35,744 nt of DNA from Candidatus Helarchaeota archaeon (GTDB taxonomy: Archaea > Asgardarchaeota > Lokiarchaeia > Helarchaeales > RDOG01). Shown here in pieces: positions 9,687 through 17,297 of the stretch. The stretch covers positions 1 to 35,744 of the forward strand of contig JALGVI010000025.1 in the NCBI GenBank assembly GCA_029838215.1, written 5' to 3'. The notes beneath the pieces are model-generated. The model made no database searches. It was not told the DNA's origin and was given only the letters and a program-made list of their open reading frames with translations. Within the stretch, counting starts at the first letter, position 1, and each line of letters opens with the position of its first letter. Made by a program: the position numbers and the translations under genes.

Positions 9687-10610
9687 TTGACGTGGAAAGA
9701 TGAGGACGGATCATTAGTGGCAGAAAAGAATGGCGTGCTTTCATTTGCAAAAAAGATCGTATATCTTACCAAATTTCGTTATCTTTTCATTTCCTATCTG
9801 CTTGTATTCATTGGTTTTCAACTGATTTTCGTAAATTACCTGTATAGAGATATCGCCATGAATTTATGGAACGTTTTCGGACGACCGGACACGACATCAA
9901 GACTTCTTGTATTGTTCTTGCAGAATGGTTTCTTGCAATTCTTGACCATCTTAGCTTTTTGCTCGTTATTTTATAATGGATTATACGTGTTCAATGACAT
10001 AATGGATGCTGAAGATGACAAAAAGCATCCCGTAAAGCAATTTAGAGCGATACCAAGTGGAAAAATAACAAAGAAAACTGCATTCATTTATACTTTATCG
10101 TTAATCGTCCTATCACTAGTGTTAAGTGCCATTTGCGACTTGATTTTGTTTCTATTTTTGTTGATTTTTTTAGCCATTAACTTAATTTATTCTCTTGGAG
10201 GACGATCCGTCCCATATCTTGCACTCGTGCTTAATTCTTTCACGTATCCTCTCAGATTTCAATTAGGAATGCGATTGGCTCACGGCATGTTTTTTGCATT
10301 TTTCACGGATTTTCGAGCCGAAATTCAATATCTAATCGTTACGATCGAGTTTTTTCTCTTGGCCCTCATAATTTCAGTAAAAAAACGTCAGATAGAAAAA
10401 GAAATTGCGGCAGAAAGTCGCCCCACTCTAAAAAAGTATGACTTCAAATCGCTCGAGTTAATCGGTGTTATCTCGTTTCTTGCTTTGGTTTTTTTTCATG
10501 TCATTCTTTTCAACATCGCACTACAGCTTCTCTTCTTCCCAGTATTAATTTTAGGTGCAATGGGGCTTTCTAAAAAAAGTAATGAGTTGTTCAAGTGGTT
10601 TTGGAAATAA
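9687..10610 (+). CDS. UbiA-superfamily prenyltransferase, decaprenyl-phosphate phosphoribosyltransferase-like
   Basis: Multi-TM protein with YVFNDIMDAEDDKKHPVKQFRAIPSG, which matches the ND..D...D..HP.K..R.I.SG motif of the DPPR-synthase-like clade. Confidence 0.75.
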   Translation: MTWKDEDGSLVAEKNGVLSFAKKIVYLTKFRYLFISYLLVFIGFQLIFVNYLYRDIAMNLWNVFGRPDTTSRLLVLFLQNGFLQFLTILAFCSLFYNGLYVFNDIMDAEDDKKHPVKQFRAIPSGKITKKTAFIYTLSLIVLSLVLSAICDLILFLFLLIFLAINLIYSLGGRSVPYLALVLNSFTYPLRFQLGMRLAHGMFFAFFTDFRAEIQYLIVTIEFFLLALIISVKKRQIEKEIAAESRPTLKKYDFKSLELIGVISFLALVFFHVILFNIALQLLFFPVLILGAMGLSKKSNELFKWFWK

Positions 10611-10639
10611 TTAAATGGTTTATTTTATCTTCAATATGT

Positions 10640-10822
10640 TTAGGCATGTTCTTCACAAAGCTGGATGATTTTTTTCGCCCATACTTGAGCATCGGTCCAT
10701 TCATTCATTGTAGATGAAGACTCTTCTGGTGAAATATTAGTCCATATCTCTTCGAATGGTTTTAAATCTTCATTTATATCTTCATTTCTTTTATTTTCTT
10801 TTTTTTCATTCACGGACTTCAT
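10640..10822 (-). CDS. Small hypothetical protein (60 aa)
   Basis: ATG-started ORF that fills an otherwise empty gap, co-oriented with the thiolase; charged and helical, with Trp residues. Confidence 0.45.
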   Translation of the reverse strand: MKSVNEKKENKRNEDINEDLKPFEEIWTNISPEESSSTMNEWTDAQVWAKKIIQLCEEHA

Positions 10823-11025
10823 GAAATCATCTCATTTTAAAATGTCTCGGATATTTCAGTGTCATATAAACTTTTACAAATCTTGACTTAAAAACATCAC
10901 GAACGAAAACGTGCTTTTTTTGGTAAATCTAGTAAGGAATTTGAAGAATTTAAAGAGAATATAATTTTTTCTTAGACTACAAGAAGTCACGAAGATTAAA
11001 TAAAAAAAATAATGGTATAGGAAGG

Positions 11026-12405
11026 TTATTCTTCACGTTCGAGGATCACTGCAGTGCCCATTCCGAAACCCACGCAAAGAGATGCCATTCCGTAGGTATA
11101 TTTCTTGCGTTCCATTTCATATAGCATGGTACATGGCAGACGAGCCCCAGAACAACCTGTTGGATGACCAAGAGCAATGGCACCGCCTAGAGGATTGACG
11201 CGACCACCTTCGGCTAACTCACCTTCAGGGGTGAAATCACATTGAGATTTATCGTGTCCAAGCTCATCGGACAAGATTTTTCCACAAGCAATGGTAACGG
11301 AGGAAAATGCTTCATTTACTTCCATTACGTCCATGTCTTTTAGCGTCATATTGGCTTTTTTTAGGGCTTTATCCATCGCATAAGCAGGTCCTGTAAGCAT
11401 GTGATAAATGTCTGAACCAACGACACCATACGTGATAATTTTTGCGCGTGGTTTTAAACCGAGCTCTTCGGCTTTTTGCCTGCTTGCAAGTAAGAATAAG
11501 CAAGATCCGTCATTCGTTGGACAAGAATTTCCTGCGGTCATGAATTCGCAACCGGGAACGTTTCGGAGAGATCCCATTTTCTCTAGAGCGGCTTCTTTAC
11601 CCATGTCTGCAATGTTTGTCCTTATGACCTCATCAAAATCGTAAACAAACTTGCCTTTCTCTTTTGTCTTTGTATTTATGGGAACGATTTCATCCTTGAA
11701 TTTGCCTTCTCTCATTGCTTTCGTGGCTTTCAGTTGACTCAAGTAACCGAGTTCATCAAGCTGTCGCCTGTTTAGTTTCCAAGTTTTTGCAATCCTATCA
11801 GCCGAGATCAACTGTGATGCGAATGTTGGGTAGTTTTGCATCACGCCTTCGGCAGGAAGAGCAAGTTTGCGTTCGAAGTATTGCTTTTCCTTCCTGCTCT
11901 TTTTATATAGTCCTGGGTGTTCTTTTGATTCTTTGTATTTTGGGATTTTTACGGGAGGTACTGCAATTTCAGCATCGATTCCAATGGGATATTTTGATTG
12001 TTGTTCCACGCCACCGGCGACATACAATTCGCCCATTCCGCTCCAAATACCCATGCTTGCAACCATCATCGCAGTTTGACCACTTGCGCAGTGCCGATTC
12101 AAATGCAGACCGGGAACTGTAACAGGAAAGAGTGCTACTTTCTTACCGTCTTCTTCCTTTTGCGAACCTAATGCGACAACGCGTCCAATATCAAGGGCGG
12201 CACCACCTAGGGGGCTACAACATCCAACAATGACATCTTCAAATTCGGCAGCATGTTCATATAGCACGGGATTGCGCTTAAATAGAGCTTCTGCTAATTG
12301 GATGGGCATGTCGGCAGTAACCATTTCGCTTAAACTGCCACCTCTTTTTCCCATGGGAGTTCGGACTGCATCAATAACTACAACATCGTTTGGTTTATTC
12401 GCCAA
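11026..12405 (-). CDS. Thiolase (acetyl-CoA C-acyltransferase) with a loop insertion
   Basis: VVIDAVRTPMGK, catalytic LNRHCASG, NEAF, GGAIALGHPTG, ASLCVGFGMG; TTG start. Confidence 0.95.
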   Translation of the reverse strand: MANKPNDVVVIDAVRTPMGKRGGSLSEMVTADMPIQLAEALFKRNPVLYEHAAEFEDVIVGCCSPLGGAALDIGRVVALGSQKEEDGKKVALFPVTVPGLHLNRHCASGQTAMMVASMGIWSGMGELYVAGGVEQQSKYPIGIDAEIAVPPVKIPKYKESKEHPGLYKKSRKEKQYFERKLALPAEGVMQNYPTFASQLISADRIAKTWKLNRRQLDELGYLSQLKATKAMREGKFKDEIVPINTKTKEKGKFVYDFDEVIRTNIADMGKEAALEKMGSLRNVPGCEFMTAGNSCPTNDGSCLFLLASRQKAEELGLKPRAKIITYGVVGSDIYHMLTGPAYAMDKALKKANMTLKDMDVMEVNEAFSSVTIACGKILSDELGHDKSQCDFTPEGELAEGGRVNPLGGAIALGHPTGCSGARLPCTMLYEMERKKYTYGMASLCVGFGMGTAVILEREE

Positions 12406-12890
12406 TTTTCTTACACCTTTATTTTATTTATCTTTCGTTGAAAATGAAATCTAACGTCCTTGCGCTTGGTTCCATTTTCCAAGATCTGAGTGATTTTCCA
12501 TTCACCTTCAAAACTAGCTTGAAAGATTATTAAGTCGAAATAACAACGTTAATTTGATTTTAAAACTTTTGTAATCCAATAAGTCAATCGTTAGACCATT
12601 TCGTTCTTCAGTTCCTTGGCAAGAATTAGCATTCCATAGGGTTGGAAGAGTCATCCAACTCTTTGTTTAATAAATATCTTTCATTTATTGCTGAAAAACT
12701 CGAGCTTCATGATGAGAATTATCATTGAAGACAAAGGCAAAAAATTTAAATGAGATTTTTAAGTTCAGATTTAAAACGTGTCAAATCTCATGCATGAACT
12801 AAAATTTCGACTGAAACGTTGGAATTTTATAAGAAGGTGGTATTTCCAAGAGTCTCATATAAAAACATGTAATGCGCTTTCGTGATATGA

Positions 12891-13661
12891 ATGAAGGTAT
12901 CGATAGTCATTCCCGCACATAATGAGGAATCAAATCTCGAATATTTAATTGATAAGATCAAGAAAAATTTTAGGCGCATTAGGCATAAAGACTATGAAGT
13001 TATTGTCGTTAACGATAATAGCACGGATAGAACTCCGGAAATCATTGAAGAAATGCACGAAAAGGACAATAGGATTAAACCGGTTCATCGCAACAAGAAT
13101 CCAGGATTTGGAAATGCCGTTTTGGAAGGTTTTAAGAACGTATCAAGTCGAAGCGATGACGACATCATCATCCCAATGTGTGCAGATTGTTCAGATAATC
13201 CAAATGACTTGCCAAGATTGATCCGAGCAAGTAAAATGGGATACGACATTGTTTACGCATCGCGCACGAAATTTTATAATTATCCTCCTGTCAAACTCAT
13301 TTTCCGTAATTTTTATAACCTATTTATCAAAATCCTTTTTGGTTTTCGAGAGAAGGACATAACCAACTTTTACAAGGCATATAGATACAAAGTCTTTAAA
13401 GAAATTCAGAGGAAATTCAATCTCAAATCAAACGATTTTTCATTAACAGCAGAGTTGCCCATCAAAGCACACCTGCTAGGGTTCAGTTCCATGGAGATAC
13501 CCACGTCGTGGTTTGGTCGTGCTGAAGAGGGCATGGGCACCTCAAGTTTTCACCTCCGTCGAATGGGCATTCGATTTGGTATCATGATGTTAAAGATGTA
13601 TATTGCTTTTCTTTTCGTGAAAATATTCAGAATGAATCCAAATCGAATAATTCAAGTTTAA
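12891..13661 (+). CDS. GT2 glycosyltransferase, polyprenol-phosphate sugar synthase (DPM-like)
   Basis: VSIVIPAHNEE, VVNDNSTD, NPGFGNA, ADCSD, hydrophobic C-terminal helix. Confidence 0.88.
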   Translation: MKVSIVIPAHNEESNLEYLIDKIKKNFRRIRHKDYEVIVVNDNSTDRTPEIIEEMHEKDNRIKPVHRNKNPGFGNAVLEGFKNVSSRSDDDIIIPMCADCSDNPNDLPRLIRASKMGYDIVYASRTKFYNYPPVKLIFRNFYNLFIKILFGFREKDITNFYKAYRYKVFKEIQRKFNLKSNDFSLTAELPIKAHLLGFSSMEIPTSWFGRAEEGMGTSSFHLRRMGIRFGIMMLKMYIAFLFVKIFRMNPNRIIQV

Positions 13662-13751
13662 GTAAGCATGATTCTTTTATTTCAACCAAAAATTGCTCTA
13701 ATCAAGTTCAAATAAAATACAGTCCAAGAAATTAGTAAGAAGTTACTTTGT

Positions 13752-14276
13752 TTGAAAAGTTTTCAGAATAAAAGCAAGCAGGGAGAGGGGTACATCCTGA
13801 GCTATGGCGATAATACGATCTTATTAAACGATTCCGACTTGATCAGGAGTGCTCTGATTCTGGACGACATGCCATCAGAAGAAGTACGGCAAAAGTTGGA
13901 TGCATTTACAAAAGAATTCGAAACACAGTACAGGGCAACATTGGAACAATGGAAGGGAGAACTTGCACCATTCCAAAATGCAGGACCGATCGTTGCAAAA
14001 ACCCTCGAGTTAACTCTACTATATCCACAACAATTAACAGATCTCGGAAAAACAATTTTATCAGGAAAGGTGCCGAAAGGATTGGTAACGATCACGGACC
14101 TTGAAAAAGGACTCGTCAAACTTGTTAATTCAATGATGATCACGAACAAAGTCGATTACATCTATTTACCTGCACTTATCGAACTTGCAGAAGTCCGAAA
14201 GGAAAGTCGTTTGGAAATTGTTGGAGCCGTTTACCAACTCGTTAAGAAAGGCATTTTAAAACCGATGATGAGTTGA
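13752..14276 (+). CDS. Hypothetical protein: apparent C-terminal part of an Asgard-type longin-like domain plus a winged-helix-like tail; may be truncated
   Basis: Pattern ILLNDSDLIRSALILDDMPSEEVRQKLDAFTKEFETQYRATLEQWKGELAPF and the tail EIVGAVYQLVKKGILKP. TTG start; in-frame stop at 13713. Confidence 0.6.
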   Translation: MKSFQNKSKQGEGYILSYGDNTILLNDSDLIRSALILDDMPSEEVRQKLDAFTKEFETQYRATLEQWKGELAPFQNAGPIVAKTLELTLLYPQQLTDLGKTILSGKVPKGLVTITDLEKGLVKLVNSMMITNKVDYIYLPALIELAEVRKESRLEIVGAVYQLVKKGILKPMMS

Positions 14277-14378
14277 AAACCACCCTTTTTTATTTTTTAA
14301 TTTTCATATTTCATACTGAATTGACTAAATTTAAAGTGGATTTTATTTTCGATTAAAATAGGACAAGGGGTAAAGCAG

Positions 14379-14942
14379 ATGTGTTACTACATAACGATGA
14401 CACTACCGAGCAATGCTAGAATTAAAGAACTTCGACCTGTGATAGAAAAATACGATAAAGCATTCATCCCTTTAAAGAATCCCAAGATCCAATCACAATT
14501 ACCGACTGGTGAATTGTATTTCATCGCATCTAAAGGACACTGCGACTGCGGTACTGCAATTGGTGCCATCGATCTTGTTAAAATGCGCGAAACTTTATTA
14601 AGATCTCAGAAATATAGGAGCATCCTACGTAGAAAATGGTCCAAACGTGAAGTTGAGAAATGGTTAGTTGAAAAAATGAAAAAAATGATTAAAGAATTAG
14701 AAAATCATTCAAGTTTCCCAGAATATAAGAAAGAAGTCGAAAGCTGGATGGAATTTATTCGAGAATTACTTGCATCGGGTAACACGGCGCGTGTTGGTTT
14801 AATAAAACATTGGTATCACGATTCTTTAGAGACGGAAAAGATAATTCTTAAAAGAAAAATTCGTCTCAATGTCAATCTTGTAAAATCAGACGTCCTACTG
14901 CATGTTGGAGAAGATATTCTGTATGAGTTTTACAAGCAATGA
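14379..14942 (+). CDS. Hypothetical protein with an N-terminal Cys and an HCDCG motif (possible metal binding)
   Basis: 187-aa ATG ORF with a GGGGTA SD-like sequence upstream. Its stop directly abuts the convergent mobA stop. Confidence 0.75.
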   Translation: MCYYITMTLPSNARIKELRPVIEKYDKAFIPLKNPKIQSQLPTGELYFIASKGHCDCGTAIGAIDLVKMRETLLRSQKYRSILRRKWSKREVEKWLVEKMKKMIKELENHSSFPEYKKEVESWMEFIRELLASGNTARVGLIKHWYHDSLETEKIILKRKIRLNVNLVKSDVLLHVGEDILYEFYKQ

Positions 14943-15938
14943 TCATTTTGCATGATCGCTACACCATTTCACGTCACTCAAGACGTGTTGCTTTAAAATT
15001 TTTATTGGACAACGTTTAAAATACTTTAACTCTTTCTCATAATATCCTGCTGCCAGATTATAGGCATCCCTTTTAGATGAACCATCACTCGAACTTCTTG
15101 CCTTCTGTTCGAAAAGTGAACCCAACCAGAAGAATGCTTCTTTTTCTTCCAAGAATTGAACGTATTTTGGGTGTTCCGTGATCGAGTCGAGACACGTGTG
15201 TTGTATTTTCTGAAAATCATTAAGCGATAAATGGTTGCATTGAAGAGTTATTGCTTCAGGAGTTGAGTTACTTGCAATTTTTATCAATTCTGGTTGAATG
15301 ATATCTTCGGGCGTGTTGATGTTTACAAAACTTCGTTCCCAACCGTCCATTCCCTGAAATTTCTTGGTATAATGGATGAATAAAGAGCGGTTTGTTCCGC
15401 GAATAAGATCGGTAACTCGTCTTTTATGTAGATGACAAAGACAATTAATCACGCTACGGGCAGGATTTAAGTGCATGCTAATAACTAAAGATTCCAACCT
15501 ACCATTTGAGTGAAAATAGAAGCCCAAATCGTGTTTATTCGATGAATCCAGCAAGTATTTCAATACGTGGAGTTTTATGAATGGAACATCACCCGGGAGT
15601 ATTAACACATTGGAAGAAGAAACCAGATTCAAGCCTGAATGTAAACCCCGAAGGGGACCAATACAAGACGTGCGTTTATCCATGCATGTCTGAATATCCG
15701 AAATGCCGTGATTTTTCAAGACTGTTTCATAACGAATTTTTCTTTTCTCATCACTTGTTACTAAAAGGATCTCTGAAAAAAGTTGTTTTAACTTCTTGAT
15801 TTGATACACGATTATAGGCAAGTCATCCCATTTTGGATTTGAAATCATGAGTTTATCGATCCATTCATTATCGGATCGTTGGAATCGTCTTGCCTGCCCA
15901 CCTGCCAGAACTATTAGTGAGATATTATCATTTAGCAT
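14943..15938 (-). CDS. mobA: MobA-like molybdenum cofactor guanylyltransferase with a C-terminal helical extension
   Basis: LIVLAGGQARRF, DK, GPLRGL, PGDVPFI, NINTPEDI; adjacent to mobB. Confidence 0.85.
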   Translation of the reverse strand: MLNDNISLIVLAGGQARRFQRSDNEWIDKLMISNPKWDDLPIIVYQIKKLKQLFSEILLVTSDEKRKIRYETVLKNHGISDIQTCMDKRTSCIGPLRGLHSGLNLVSSSNVLILPGDVPFIKLHVLKYLLDSSNKHDLGFYFHSNGRLESLVISMHLNPARSVINCLCHLHKRRVTDLIRGTNRSLFIHYTKKFQGMDGWERSFVNINTPEDIIQPELIKIASNSTPEAITLQCNHLSLNDFQKIQHTCLDSITEHPKYVQFLEEKEAFFWLGSLFEQKARSSSDGSSKRDAYNLAAGYYEKELKYFKRCPIKILKQHVLSDVKWCSDHAK

Positions 15939-16812
15939 CGGTTAGCTGGGTCTCCGACCAATTAATAATTAATTCTACTTCTCTTGGAGGTGAATCGACC
16001 TTGATAGATGAAATTATACCCTTTAAAACATTGGCAAATTGATGTTGAACAAAATCTCTTAAGGGGAGCTCCTTATCGTTCACGAACAATTTGAGAACGA
16101 TGTCAGGACCGGAATCACGTTTGACCAAGTCAAAATGGGAATAAGAAGCTTTAACAAGGAGTGTTTTGACGTTATCAACACCCTTCAATACCGCAGTCAG
16201 ACCTAACACGGCATTGCCCAAAACATCTGCAACGAAACGATTAAACGCAACGTTTTCACCATTGATTTTTAATTTTACCTTCATTCTTTCATGTGAAACA
16301 TGTCTAGATTCTTTTTCATGAAAAGCATCTAAAATGATTTGGAGAATACCGTCAATGTCATCTCGAGTGAATTGAGGGTATCCACTTTCGAAGGACCCAT
16401 CATTGACGACTGCTAGGATTTCATCGGGTTTGAATTCTTTCAAAAAATCAGGAGATTTTGTCAGGATTATTTTCGGAATATTTTCCCTCTTGAATCCTTC
16501 CATGAGAATGATGTCCAATTTTGGCATTGCACGTTCCATCAGATATAGGAGCTTCTTCAGCGAAATGTCGTGCTTGATGTTCTGGATCAGGATAAATTGA
16601 TTTTCGCTTAAAACACACGTCAGTTCTGTTCCTGCTTTGACGTGCCTCCAAGAATCAGACCCTTTTTTGTCAAATTCGATGTTTTTTTGTGAATGTTTAA
16701 CACTGCCAACGCGATATTTATTTTTTAAACGGGTAATTAATTTCTCAATGAGAGTCGTCTTTCCACTTTCATGGAGCCCAACAATACTTATCGTAAAAAT
16801 CAAATCTTCCAC
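15928..16812 (-). CDS. mobB: MobB molybdopterin-guanine dinucleotide biosynthesis protein with a duplicated C-terminal domain
   Basis: VGLHESGKTTL, VKHS, DKKGSDSWRH...AG, IILMEGFK. Confidence 0.92.
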   Translation of the reverse strand: MEDLIFTISIVGLHESGKTTLIEKLITRLKNKYRVGSVKHSQKNIEFDKKGSDSWRHVKAGTELTCVLSENQFILIQNIKHDISLKKLLYLMERAMPKLDIILMEGFKRENIPKIILTKSPDFLKEFKPDEILAVVNDGSFESGYPQFTRDDIDGILQIILDAFHEKESRHVSHERMKVKLKINGENVAFNRFVADVLGNAVLGLTAVLKGVDNVKTLLVKASYSHFDLVKRDSGPDIVLKLFVNDKELPLRDFVQHQFANVLKGIISSIKVDSPPREVELIINWSETQLTDAK

Positions 16813-16832
16813 CTAAATTTCGACACATAATA

Positions 16833-16875
16833 TATTGTATAATAAAAAGAATAGAAAAAGAAAATAAAAAAGAGG
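16833..16875 (-). terminator. T-rich terminator after the mutase small subunit
   Basis: A long pyrimidine run on the minus strand (CTCTTTTTTATTTTCTTTTTCTATTCTTTTT) right after the stop at 16881. Confidence 0.45.
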
Positions 16876-16880
16876 CGAGG

Positions 16881-17279
16881 TCATTTAGCCTTTACGTTTT
16901 CCTGAATGAAGTTCACGATATCGGGAATCATTGACCCGGGACCATAGACATTTGCAGCACCAATCTCCTTCAATGGATCATAGTCTTTTTTAGCAATTGC
17001 GCCACCAACTAGAACGATGACATTATCCTTGATCCCTTTTTCTTTCATGAGATCGATGACACGCTTTGTGTACTTGAGGTGCGCTCCCGAGTGAATGCTC
17101 AGTCCTATCATGTGAACATCCTCTTGGATTGCAGTCTCAACGATCTCTTCAACCGTTTGGAAACCACCAAAGATGACTTCCATTCCTGCATCGCGTAGTC
17201 CTCGTGATACTACTACGATTCCTCGCCAATGACCATCAATTCCGGGTTTAGACATTAGCACTCTGATTTTTTCTGGCAT
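16881..17279 (-). CDS. Cobalamin-binding small subunit of an acyl-CoA mutase
   Basis: KPGIDGHWRG (DxHxxG), IQEDV, SIHSGAH, VLVGGAI. Confidence 0.95.
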   Translation of the reverse strand: MPEKIRVLMSKPGIDGHWRGIVVVSRGLRDAGMEVIFGGFQTVEEIVETAIQEDVHMIGLSIHSGAHLKYTKRVIDLMKEKGIKDNVIVLVGGAIAKKDYDPLKEIGAANVYGPGSMIPDIVNFIQENVKAK

Positions 17280-17297
17280 TTTTTGTACCAGCTCCGT

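Noticed and set aside
12406-12890. Hidden gene or structured RNA in the 485-nt gap, including the GTTGGA-N7-TCCAAC hairpin near 12642-12660
   Set aside because: In the frames I translated by hand I found only short ORFs (under 50 aa) with no motifs, and a 6-bp stem is expected by chance.
14943-16812. mobAB as dedicated AOR maturation genes
   Set aside because: AOR-family enzymes typically use the non-nucleotide tungsto-bispterin. MobAB more likely serve DMSO-reductase-family enzymes encoded elsewhere.
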